Assembly (NCBI GenBank): GCA_964507855.1
Contig: CAZDQS010000002.1
Span: 27,284-91,283, forward strand
Length of the DNA stretch: 64,000 bases
Source: an uncultured Candidatus Saccharibacteria bacterium
GTDB lineage: Bacteria; Patescibacteriota; Saccharimonadia; Saccharimonadales; CAZDQS01
Direction: 5' to 3'
Of this stretch, positions 36,176 through 44,345 are shown piece by piece. Within the stretch, counting starts at the first letter, position 1; every line of letters starts with the position of its first letter. The position numbers were made by a program, and so were the translations under genes. Below the pieces are notes generated by a model. The model searched no databases, had not been told where the DNA came from, and saw nothing but the letters and a program-made list of their open reading frames with translations.

Positions 36176-36315
36176 AATTATTCTTATTCTAGCCTATTAG
36201 AGATTGTGGTGTTAGACTTTCCGCTGCACAGTACAGAAGCCAAAACTAGCACTAAGAGCTATGCGGACTGGTGTGGTAATTTATTGGTAGTACAAGTGCT
36301 ACATGAGGAGCCTAC

Positions 36316-36684
36316 ATGCCAAGAAATGGTGAGCTATTCCCGAGCGAAAGTATGAGTGATGCGGAAATAGATCGCATCATTGAGGATGATGAGCGCTTTT
36401 TCAGTTTACAGCCACGCGGTAATTTGGACTCCTATGTTCGTATGAGGCGCAAATTGCTTGGTCCTGTTGCGGATATCACCCATCCTGAGTTCGGCCGCCC
36501 TAACCGTCCCGAGGAAAACTTTTCTATTATTTACCGCGTCCGTGAAATCATCAAGCAGATTGAGGTTACGGGCTTTAATGGACGCAAGGAATACATCGAA
36601 AAGCCTGATTACATTATTGATGAATTCATCACGGATATGGATGGGGATTTTGTCGATTTGGGCCCAGACGCATACGGTGAATGA
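36316..36684 (+). CDS. Hypothetical acidic protein (122 aa)
   Basis: ATG lies 6 nt after GAGGAG. No motif recognised. Confidence 0.55.
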   Translation: MPRNGELFPSESMSDAEIDRIIEDDERFFSLQPRGNLDSYVRMRRKLLGPVADITHPEFGRPNRPEENFSIIYRVREIIKQIEVTGFNGRKEYIEKPDYIIDEFITDMDGDFVDLGPDAYGE

Positions 36685-36783
36685 AGAACGTCATTTGTGG
36701 CTGGCTTCTCTGCCCCGTATTATGCGCACCTTCCTGTCATTCAGATCAGAGAATTCACAAGACTTGATGTAAAATAGTGATTC

Positions 36784-36799
36784 ACTTAACAAGTTAAGT
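36784..36799. promoter_or_regulatory. 16-bp palindrome ACTTAAC-AA-GTTAAGT (copy 1 of 2)
   Basis: Perfect 7-bp arms, with a second copy 73 bp away. Confidence 0.45.
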
Positions 36800-36856
36800 T
36801 AATTATTTGTAACTAGTCATTGCCCCAACTTATTAAGGTTCTCCATTCAACAGTAT

Positions 36857-36872
36857 ACTTAACGTGTTAAGT
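36857..36872. promoter_or_regulatory. 16-bp palindrome ACTTAAC-GT-GTTAAGT (copy 2 of 2), overlapping a TATACT -10-like hexamer
   Basis: Perfect 7-bp arms. TATACT at 36854-36859 overlaps the left arm. Confidence 0.45.
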
Positions 36873-36987
36873 TTTAGTATCTCTAGAAGGTATGCCTCAG
36901 CATCAAAAATAAATTAACGGGGATTACTAACATTGGCTTCATGGTGAAGTTGTCTTTTTCAGACCCAATGTGTTCATTCCCCGTCTT

Positions 36988-37020
36988 CCCCGGCGGCCGC
37001 CACATTTCTGGCCGCCGGGG
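36988..37020 (-). terminator. All-GC 11-bp hairpin 29 nt downstream of the lipoprotein gene (no U-tract)
   Basis: CCCCGGCGGCC (36988-36998) pairs with GGCCGCCGGGG (37010-37020). Confidence 0.4.
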
Positions 37021-37048
37021 GCATAGCCCACGCTCTCTCCCTGCTCGA

Positions 37049-37369
37049 TCACCGGGCTGACGCGCCTCCGCCGAGCAAGATCCCGGCACCGAGCACGAAC
37101 CCGAAGTCATACCAGTTGCCGTTGTTGTGCACCTCGTAGATGCTCACACCATCCTCGAACAGCGAGATGATGAAGGTGAACGGCGAGATGAACCCGTGCC
37201 AGAGCCCGTACAAGAATCCAGCAGGGTCACCAGTTGCATCAGCGGTTCCAACCGCGGGATTGGGGCCAGCCGCGCATCCAGCGAGCAAAAACACCAGCAC
37301 GATTGCCAGCACTGCATACTGCTTGCGATGCACTACTACCTCCAGAGGGGCATCCATGGGATTCGCCAT
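37049..37369 (-). CDS. Putative lipoprotein (106 aa), GC-rich cassette
   Basis: Lipobox VFLLAGCAAG after a TM-like signal, plus a C-terminal hydrophobic Gly-rich segment. Much higher G+C than the flanks. Confidence 0.6.
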   Translation of the reverse strand: MANPMDAPLEVVVHRKQYAVLAIVLVFLLAGCAAGPNPAVGTADATGDPAGFLYGLWHGFISPFTFIISLFEDGVSIYEVHNNGNWYDFGFVLGAGILLGGGASAR

Positions 37370-37499
37370 GGCGAACGCACACCTATTTGTGCTGAACTAT
37401 TTATAACATTTTTGTACTATTATTTCAATGCCTAGCTACTCTTCGTTAAGGCGTGTAAGTGCTGCGCTAAGCTCGTTTGCTTTTTTACAGCTTTGGGAG

Positions 37500-37937
37500 C
37501 TATTTGATGAAGAGGGTGAAGTACGGGAGCTTGTCTAAGCCTTCATAGCGGAACATCCAGTAGTTGGCTCGCCGGGCTGATTCTGAGAGTTTGTACTTTT
37601 TGAGATTTTTCTTAGGGACAAAAGGGTAGAATTTGATTTCTTGCCTTTGTACGTCTTTTTCTGTCCACTTAAAGTTAATGATAAGCGGCGGAGTAATGAA
37701 GCCGGATTTAAGTACCTTGTCCATAATGTCCCAGCCAGCACCTAAGATACTAGCTTTAGGCTTAGAATTAATTGACTTTATTTGCGCCCGGAAGCTACAG
37801 CCAGAACACTGGACATCAAAAAGAGGGTAACTTGGCGGCAACAGCATCAATGCTTTGCCACAGTTCGGACATGGAATCAAATCCACCACCTCCCGTTCGC
37901 CAGCATCACCAAATTGCTTGTTGAGTCCCATTATCAT
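37500..37937 (-). CDS. DpnI-like (Dam-replacing family) PD-(D/E)XK nuclease domain protein, lacking a C-terminal winged helix
   Basis: IPCPNCGKALMLLPPSYPLFDVQCSGCSFRAQIKS ... ILGAGWDIMDKV ... LSESARRANYW aligns, from memory, with DpnI CPNCG...PVADFYCNHCSEEFELKS...INDGAYATMMKR...APTARRAGW. ATG at 37937 chosen, since the longer track ORF would overlap the next gene. Confidence 0.55.
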   Translation of the reverse strand: MIMGLNKQFGDAGEREVVDLIPCPNCGKALMLLPPSYPLFDVQCSGCSFRAQIKSINSKPKASILGAGWDIMDKVLKSGFITPPLIINFKWTEKDVQRQEIKFYPFVPKKNLKKYKLSESARRANYWMFRYEGLDKLPYFTLFIK

Positions 37938-38000
37938 AATTAGATCATGAACAGCTCGTCGGAAGCAAGGAAGCATCAGTGATATGGTATCTTTAGAAGT

Positions 38001-39002
38001 ATGAAAGAGGTACTTTATTACCTGTTCGTGATCACAGCCTTCGTCGCTATGGTGGCGTTTTTTGTGGGGTTGGTGCGGCCCTGGAAGTTCCGGCGAATCT
38101 TGGGTAGTAAAGCCACTCGTCGGCACATTGCGCTCTACAGTTTTGTCTTATTCATGTTCTGTGGCATCATGTTTGGCATTTTTGAGCCAGAGAGCGTCAA
38201 GCAAGCACGCATAGAGCGCGAACACCAGGCGCAAATAGCCGAACAACAAAAGCTTGATGAAGAAAAACGACAGCAAGAGGAAGAAAACCGTCGTCGACAA
38301 GAAGCAGAAGAGACCGAACGAAAGGAAGCCGAAGAGCAAGCAAGACGAGCCGAGGAAGAAGCCAGAAAAGCAGCCGAACCGGTGGCCGTAGCGAGTGTCA
38401 TTGACGGCGATACCATCAAAGTGCACATTGATGATGATATTGAGTCAGTACGACTTGTCGGGATAGACGCGCCCGAGACATTCAACTGCTACGGCGATGA
38501 AGCCAAGCAAGCACTAACAAGCATATTGGAGGGCCAGAAGGTTCGCCTAGAAAAAGACGAGCTCCAGGGCGACCGCGATAAGTATGACCGCCTGCTGCGA
38601 TTTGTTTTCCTGGAAGATGGCACGCCAGTTAGTGAAAAACTGCTGCGCGATGGATTAGTGTTTGAAAAACTATTTACTAGCAAACCACACAAATACCATG
38701 ATGCATTCGTAAAAGCCCAGGAAGAAGCCAAATCTGCCCAGCGTGGTCTGTGGTCACCCACCACGTGCAACGGCACATACTCGCCCGTCCCACCTCCGGC
38801 ACCGTCTCCTGTCCAGAGCACGCAGACTCCAGCACCCGCCCCTAAGCCTGCTCCTGCCCCGGCGCCAACGCCCGCCCCAAGCACGGCCTACTACAAGAAC
38901 TGCACCGTTGCTCGACAAGCTGGCGTAACTCCCCTATATCGTGGCCAACCTGGCTACGGCTCACACCTTGACCGCGACAACGACGGCATCGCTTGCGAAT
39001 AG
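38001..39002 (+). CDS. Membrane-anchored thermonuclease (SNase) with coiled-coil, Pro-rich linker and Excalibur Ca-binding domain
   Basis: N-terminal TMs and an E/K/R coiled coil. SNase core VIDGDTIKV...VRLVGIDAPE...DKYDRLLRFV...RGLWS. PAPAPKPAPAPAPTPAP linker. C-terminal YYKNCTVARQAG...DRDNDGIACE. Confidence 0.88.
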   Translation: MKEVLYYLFVITAFVAMVAFFVGLVRPWKFRRILGSKATRRHIALYSFVLFMFCGIMFGIFEPESVKQARIEREHQAQIAEQQKLDEEKRQQEEENRRRQEAEETERKEAEEQARRAEEEARKAAEPVAVASVIDGDTIKVHIDDDIESVRLVGIDAPETFNCYGDEAKQALTSILEGQKVRLEKDELQGDRDKYDRLLRFVFLEDGTPVSEKLLRDGLVFEKLFTSKPHKYHDAFVKAQEEAKSAQRGLWSPTTCNGTYSPVPPPAPSPVQSTQTPAPAPKPAPAPAPTPAPSTAYYKNCTVARQAGVTPLYRGQPGYGSHLDRDNDGIACE

Positions 39003-39035
39003 CGTTTCTAGGCAATAGAACCGTCCGACTAGGAC

Positions 39036-40274
39036 TTATGGTTTAATCTCATCAGAAGCGGCTCGTGTCTTGCGGGCGAGCAGGACAAACGGAACTGCCA
39101 GCATCTGGATTATTGCACCGCCGACAAATGACGGGCCGTAACTCCACACATCGGCCACCTTGCCAAGCCCTGGCTGCACTACCGCGCCGCCGGATGAACC
39201 GACCAAGTTATCGGTTGAAAGCACCGTGGCTCGCTGCTCCGATGGTATCAAACCATTGATATACGCCTGGCGTACCGGGTAAGTGCCCGCGAATATCAGC
39301 GCCCATAACACGAGGAACACAATTGCGACATAGAAATCACCCGTCACACCTATAACAACCAGTGCGACGCTACTCAGTAATATACCCGCCAGGATGAAGG
39401 ATGTCCGGCGCCTGAAATACCGGTGAACGTGCGCAACCAGCAGGCCGCCCAGAATCTGCGCGCCAGCTACGATAGATGCCGCTAGCCCGGCAACAAGATA
39501 AGATTCTGTATTACCATACAATTGCAATAGATGTGGCTGCATTGCATAAAAGGCGTAGAACCCCACACCCGCGGTAAAGGGCGCAGCCAACATGACCCAT
39601 CGCACCGACGGGTTACCGAATCCATGCTGCAAGGACCGCTTGAAGGTATCCCTCATGTCACGAACTGCAGTTTGGCGTGGCTTCGGCGTAAAGCCGTAGT
39701 CATGCATCAAGAGATATGCAGCGATAAAGGTCCCCGCTAAAGCCGCTGCACGCATAATGTAGGGCACGCCGAGATTGGTAGCCTGAGCCACTGCCCCGCC
39801 GAGGATAGTGCCGCTCAACATGGCGACTCCGGTAGCAATCTGTCCCTTTGCAAATGCCGCATCCAGCGAGCCTTTATAACCAGTCGCCTGCAAGGCATCA
39901 ACAAGCCACGCTTCCACTGCGCCCGAGAAGAAGGTAAATCCCAAGCCTAGCGCGGCTGAGGTCACTGCCCACATCCAGAAAGGACCACCCATTTCCCAGA
40001 TCAACAAATAAACAACCGTTGCGGCAAACAAAGTAAACGCGCCGAGCATGTACGACGCTCGACGCCCCCACGTATCCGCCACGACACCTGTCGGGACTTC
40101 AAACAGCACCTGACCAACCGCATAAAACGAATTGGCCGCAAAAGCCTGGGTGATACTAAGACCGGCGTCCAGCAGGAACAGCGTGTTCACGCCCCAGATG
40201 AACGAAGACGCAAATGTTGCCAACAAAGTCAGGACAATATAAGTCTGGAGAACACTACGGGATGAAGCACGCAT
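39036..40274 (-). CDS. MFS transporter
   Basis: 412 aa, about 12 TM, with GVVADTWGRR loop motif between TM2 and TM3. Confidence 0.85.
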   Translation of the reverse strand: MRASSRSVLQTYIVLTLLATFASSFIWGVNTLFLLDAGLSITQAFAANSFYAVGQVLFEVPTGVVADTWGRRASYMLGAFTLFAATVVYLLIWEMGGPFWMWAVTSAALGLGFTFFSGAVEAWLVDALQATGYKGSLDAAFAKGQIATGVAMLSGTILGGAVAQATNLGVPYIMRAAALAGTFIAAYLLMHDYGFTPKPRQTAVRDMRDTFKRSLQHGFGNPSVRWVMLAAPFTAGVGFYAFYAMQPHLLQLYGNTESYLVAGLAASIVAGAQILGGLLVAHVHRYFRRRTSFILAGILLSSVALVVIGVTGDFYVAIVFLVLWALIFAGTYPVRQAYINGLIPSEQRATVLSTDNLVGSSGGAVVQPGLGKVADVWSYGPSFVGGAIIQMLAVPFVLLARKTRAASDEIKP

Positions 40275-40315
40275 TTCCCCCCATTGTATATGACGTTGTC
40301 GGAATTGCTAAAACG

Positions 40316-40513
40316 CTAGAGCCCCAACAATTCAAGCGCTCGATGGGTGATGATGCCAGGCCAAACAATGGCCTTAAGCACGGCCAGGAGAAACCCGCCG
40401 AATCCCTCCGAATGCTGTACGAAGTACACCAGCGCCCCCACGAACGCCGCGAACCACACAAAGCCCGTTGGCCCACTCTTGTCGATTACTTTTACTGTTC
40501 TGCTGTCGGCCAT
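40316..40513 (-). CDS. Small membrane protein (65 aa, 2 TM)
   Basis: Strong SD (AAGGAGGG) upstream of the ATG. Two hydrophobic helices. Confidence 0.6.
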   Translation of the reverse strand: MADSRTVKVIDKSGPTGFVWFAAFVGALVYFVQHSEGFGGFLLAVLKAIVWPGIITHRALELLGL

Positions 40514-40610
40514 ACTGCTACCCTCCTTGCGGTTAGTATGGCCTCATCATAAACACGAAAAGCATCCAAGAAGCTGTGAACTGCCTTACAGTTCACTCCT
40601 AAATCAAAAA

Positions 40611-41039
40611 CTACACACCATCCCGCTTATTGATGTGCGGGATACTAGAGATGATCAGCGCCTGCAGCGCCGCGATAACACCGATAAAATAAAACCCAAA
40701 CCCTAAGGCCATGCCGACGGCCGCAGAGTACCAGATGCTCGCCGCGGTGGTGACGTTACTGATACGCTCGTCTTTCTCAGACTTGAGAATTAAGCCCGCA
40801 CCGAGGAAACCGATGCCCGATACAATCTGCGCCGCAATACGTGTCGGCTCGCCAAGACCCAGGTTCGTGGACAAGAACGCAAATGTCATACTTGCCGTAA
40901 CGACCAAGGACTGCGTACTAATCCCCGCCGGCTTGCGCTTCAGTTCCCGTTCGCTACCAATGATAAGGCCGCACAAGAGTGCCAGCACCAGACCAATTAA
41001 ATATTTAAGTTCTGTTTCACCAATTATTTCCGCAATCAT
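40611..41039 (-). CDS. mgtC: MgtC/SapB-family membrane protein
   Basis: LALLCGLIIGSERELKRKPAGISTQSLV is the MgtC N-terminal signature. Confidence 0.85.
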   Translation of the reverse strand: MIAEIIGETELKYLIGLVLALLCGLIIGSERELKRKPAGISTQSLVVTASMTFAFLSTNLGLGEPTRIAAQIVSGIGFLGAGLILKSEKDERISNVTTAASIWYSAAVGMALGFGFYFIGVIAALQALIISSIPHINKRDGV

Positions 41040-41081
41040 ATTGCCCTATTCTACCATTAAAAACGCTTTTGTTTACGTCGG

Positions 41082-41513
41082 CTACTTCAGGAGCGGCCAA
41101 TACTTCAACTGCCGTCGGCAAACAGCAACGAATTCATCCGGCTGCATGCCGTACTTTCCTGCGATGTGCTCGAGCTTGTGCAACTTCTGCGGATTGCGGA
41201 CCTCTGTCACCTTGCGATTCGCACCTGCCTTTTTGCCGGCACGGTAAAAGAACAGCCAGCGCAACGTATACTTCGGAAACATATAGATACTGCCGTAGAC
41301 GAACTGGCGTCGTTTGAGGGGCGAATCGAGAGTGTGTCCGCCGTGCCGGGCGCGCGTGAGGGTATAGACCACGTCTGAGTACTCACTCCACGTATGCACA
41401 AAGCCCGTGCTTTCGTGTAGTTCTGCGAGCTCGTCCGCAACGTCCCCTTTGTGCCACGCCAGGTCATGGCGATCCATATCGAGCAGCCGATGCCAGCCGC
41501 GATAGACAATCAT
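41082..41513 (-). CDS. Hypothetical protein (143 aa)
   Basis: ATG-initiated ORF. Helical, with acidic pairs (ADELAELHE...WSEYSD) faintly reminiscent of MazG-like all-alpha NTP pyrophosphohydrolases. Confidence 0.5.
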   Translation of the reverse strand: MIVYRGWHRLLDMDRHDLAWHKGDVADELAELHESTGFVHTWSEYSDVVYTLTRARHGGHTLDSPLKRRQFVYGSIYMFPKYTLRWLFFYRAGKKAGANRKVTEVRNPQKLHKLEHIAGKYGMQPDEFVAVCRRQLKYWPLLK

Positions 41514-41556
41514 GCCCCAAGTTTAGCAAATTGACCTATGGTGACATAATGGAAGT

Positions 41557-41907
41557 ATGATTGCGATAAAACGAGTCTACGCGCCTTACAACAAAAGCGA
41601 CGGAACAAGGATTCTCGTTGACCGGCTATGGCCGCGCGGCTTGTCTAAGCAAGAGGCGCACATTGATGTGTGGCTCAAAGACATTGCACCGAGCGACGAC
41701 TTGCGGAAGTGGTTCAACCACGACCCTGCAAAGTGGCCGGAGTTCAAGAAACGCTACAGAGCAGAACTCAAGGCTAACGACACAGCGGTTTCCGAGTTGA
41801 AAGGACGCATCGCAGACGGACACGCCACACTGCTGTTTGGCGCCAAAGACGCCGACCACAACCAAGCCGTTGTATTACAAGATTACCTTGAAGAGACTAA
41901 AGATTAA
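41557..41907 (+). CDS. DUF488-family protein
   Basis: IKRVYAPYNKSDGTRILVDRLWPRGLSK...WLKDIAPSDDLRKWFNHDPAKWPEFKKRY. Confidence 0.75.
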   Translation: MIAIKRVYAPYNKSDGTRILVDRLWPRGLSKQEAHIDVWLKDIAPSDDLRKWFNHDPAKWPEFKKRYRAELKANDTAVSELKGRIADGHATLLFGAKDADHNQAVVLQDYLEETKD

Positions 41908-42230
41908 CTCGATTCGACCTCGAGCACCGATTTGACGATAGATTGCACTACCTGATCCTGGTCGTTGATCTTGTAGAACACTTCCCTGCCAATCTTAGTC
42001 CGCACAAGCACACCGAGTGTTTCAAGTGTTTTGAGATGCTGCGATGCCAGCGGCACGGTTATGCCAAGAAGTTCGGCAACGGCGCCAACATTCAGGTTGG
42101 TGTTCTTCACAAACAGCCGGAACATATTGCAGCGATTCTGTTCGCCAAGCGCGTCGAAGATAATCGGCAACCGGGAATCCGACTCGGATATGTATTTCTT
42201 GAGTGCTTGCCTTTCCTTCGGCTTGAGCAT
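41904..42230 (-). CDS. ArsR-family HTH transcriptional regulator
   Basis: NRCNMFRLFVKNTNLNVGAVAELLGITVPLASQHLKTLETLGVLVRTKIGREVFYKI. Confidence 0.85.
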   Translation of the reverse strand: MLKPKERQALKKYISESDSRLPIIFDALGEQNRCNMFRLFVKNTNLNVGAVAELLGITVPLASQHLKTLETLGVLVRTKIGREVFYKINDQDQVVQSIVKSVLEVESS

Positions 42231-42919
42231 TAAACCCCTTCGTAACCTGGAAAGTAATCCAGTTTAATATGGTCTTCGGCGACACCGATTTTTTCTAACA
42301 TCACCTTGAAAGATTCTACCATCGGTTCGGGCCCAGAAACATAAAAATATGGCGAACCAAACATATCTCGATAGGATTTCAACACTTTTTCGTCAATACG
42401 ATTGTCCCCCACAAAGTACGTAATGTTGAAGTTTTCATGCTCGGCGGCGATAGCCTCCAGTTCGTCCTTGAATGGTGCTTCGTTCTCATCCCGCACCGCA
42501 TAAAGCAGCTCCACCTTGATGTCCTTGCCCTCGTGGTGCAATTGCTTGAGCATGGACCTAAACGGCGTAATACCGATGCCACCAGCGACAAAAACATACT
42601 GCCTGTCAGCGTCCTGCACCGTAAACTTGCCGTCGGGCGCCTCACCCTCGATGGTGTCGCCTGGCTTCAAGCCGACGAGCACATCCTTAAACGTACTGCG
42701 CTTGTCGTCAAAAATCCGCGTGCTGAGCCGGATTTCCTGCTCGTACGGCGCGCTCGAGATAGTAAACCAGCGCTCATCACCCCGATCGTCAACACCTTCA
42801 TGCGGCAACGTATAGTGGACGAATTGCCCGGCCTGCCATTGCACAGGTTCTTCCGGTTCAAAGATAAATGTACGGACATTGCTGACTTCGGGCTTAGCTT
42901 CTTTCAAAATATATTTCAT
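42230..42919 (-). CDS. FNR-like FAD/NAD(P)-binding oxidoreductase
   Basis: RWFTISS (R-x-Y-S-type FAD motif) and VFVAGGIGITPF (NAD(P) motif); 229 aa. Abuts the ArsR gene. Confidence 0.75.
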   Translation of the reverse strand: MKYILKEAKPEVSNVRTFIFEPEEPVQWQAGQFVHYTLPHEGVDDRGDERWFTISSAPYEQEIRLSTRIFDDKRSTFKDVLVGLKPGDTIEGEAPDGKFTVQDADRQYVFVAGGIGITPFRSMLKQLHHEGKDIKVELLYAVRDENEAPFKDELEAIAAEHENFNITYFVGDNRIDEKVLKSYRDMFGSPYFYVSGPEPMVESFKVMLEKIGVAEDHIKLDYFPGYEGV

Positions 42920-42996
42920 ACTTTAACCTTTGTTTAACTATTTAAGCATAGCAAAGGCACTTCCGGCGCGCAATTGAACTCACGCGCGCTACATTA

Positions 42997-43290
42997 TCAG
43001 GGGCAATCAGTGGGCAATACCGGCATTAGGCCCTGGGGAGTTTGCTCCAGCCAGCCAAGCTCAACCAAGCTGTTTATAGCAGCGAGAGCAGCAACCCGGC
43101 GTGGCCTGGGGCCGAGGCCTGCAAATACGTCCTGGCCGCGCATTGCATCATAAAAGCCTGAATTCACTTCCCACACCACCCGTTCCGATGAGACGGGTGG
43201 CCGGGTCGGATTTATACCTCGTATGAGGTTGTATACGCGTGCTTGGGTTTCTGCGTCTATTTCGCATATGGTATGGTGGCTACGCATCAT
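42997..43290 (-). CDS. Hypothetical protein (97 aa), possible winged-helix
   Basis: 4-nt overlap with the upstream HD gene. C-terminal AALAAINSLVELGWLEQ looks like a recognition-helix/wing. Confidence 0.45.
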   Translation of the reverse strand: MMRSHHTICEIDAETQARVYNLIRGINPTRPPVSSERVVWEVNSGFYDAMRGQDVFAGLGPRPRRVAALAAINSLVELGWLEQTPQGLMPVLPTDCP

Positions 43291-43853
43291 TGCCTCGCTT
43301 GGATTTGTTCGAAAACACCCGTAAGCTCCTTGAGCAGACTGGAGTTGGCGCCCAGTTTATCTTCCAGTACTTCAATGCGCTGCTGCCAAAACCACAGTCT
43401 GTCCCCTGTGTTGTGCTTCTGCATTTCTATGATGTGAGGATTACCAGCCTCCAAGTCGGCTTTCATAGACCGCATATTATGCAACAGATCCGCTGCAGAG
43501 ATAAGCGCTGTTTCTGGGCTGGACTGCTTCAAGTGGTCGAGGTATGCTTGCTTTCGCCCGCGATACAATGGGATTGATTTGTCCTCAGTGACTGATTGCA
43601 CAAGCCGAAGCACCCTATCGCCGAAATCTTGGCGTATCTGTTCCTCGGGATACTCATCAGAGACATCCTCAATAACATCGTGCAGAAGACCGGCGATGAT
43701 AACATCCTCATCTTCAGTATGCTGGGCAAGAATCCACGCAACTGAGAACGGATGCACAATATATGGTAAACGATTGTCTTTGCGAACCTGGCGCCGATGC
43801 GCAAATGCGGCATTATTAATAGCCAGCTGCAATCTATCAGTCAGTAGAGCCAT
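43287..43853 (-). CDS. HD-domain (p)ppGpp-hydrolase-like protein (SpoT/Mesh1-type small alarmone hydrolase)
   Basis: AFAHRRQVRKDNRLPYIVHPFSVAWIL...AGLLHDVIEDV. Confidence 0.8.
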   Translation of the reverse strand: MALLTDRLQLAINNAAFAHRRQVRKDNRLPYIVHPFSVAWILAQHTEDEDVIIAGLLHDVIEDVSDEYPEEQIRQDFGDRVLRLVQSVTEDKSIPLYRGRKQAYLDHLKQSSPETALISAADLLHNMRSMKADLEAGNPHIIEMQKHNTGDRLWFWQQRIEVLEDKLGANSSLLKELTGVFEQIQARQ

Positions 43854-43883
43854 ATCATCTATACTGTATCATGTCGAACAAGG

Positions 43884-44183
43884 CTACGGCGCCCGGTGGT
43901 CATTGTCCGGATCATATCTCTCGACAAAATCCGGGTCATTTGGCTCGGAAGCCTCGGCAGCGCCCGGCAGCCCCTCCTCATATACTTCTTCGGGCTGAAT
44001 ATTGGTATCCGTCACCGGATGTGTGTCATCCAGTCGCTGCACCTCTTCGGCGCGCTCAACCTCCGTACCGCCTACCTCATCCGATACCGGATCGGCCGGG
44101 CTGAACGGAGTTGGACCGTCCTGCGGTAATGGATTGATCGTCGAGTCATCCACTGTATCATCTGCTGGTACCCCTCCTCCCAT
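43884..44183 (-). CDS. Acidic, Pro/Asp-rich hypothetical protein (99 aa)
   Basis: SD GGAGGAGGGG upstream. Low-complexity acidic sequence. Confidence 0.5.
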   Translation of the reverse strand: MGGGVPADDTVDDSTINPLPQDGPTPFSPADPVSDEVGGTEVERAEEVQRLDDTHPVTDTNIQPEEVYEEGLPGAAEASEPNDPDFVERYDPDNDHRAP

Positions 44184-44261
44184 GGCAAACTCCTTTGTTA
44201 TGCCGCTTCATATTGTGAAGGAAGGCAGCGACACCAGCTATGATTTAGCTCACAGCAATAT

Positions 44262-44290
44262 AAAACGCGCCCCCGCTAATGGAGGGCGCG
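44262..44290 (-). terminator. Intrinsic terminator after the Pro-rich protein gene
   Basis: On the minus strand: CGCGCCC-loop-GGGCGCG followed by TTTTAT. Confidence 0.55.
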
Positions 44291-44345
44291 AATGATGCCT
44301 ATCTTCTTATTATAGCATAGTTCTTATGCTTTTGTCAATAAGTGC

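Noticed and set aside
36023-36355. 110-aa plus-strand ORF from the track
   Set aside because: Odd composition, and the SD sits too close to the ATG. The opposite strand encodes a 58-aa protein with a recognisable zinc-ribbon motif that fits the downstream operon, so I prefer that reading. This remains uncertain.
36883-36942. 19-aa hydrophobic minus-strand mini-ORF (MKPMLVIPVNLFLMLRHTF), considered as a type I toxin
   Set aside because: No SD, no obvious promoter or antisense RNA partner, and too short to judge.
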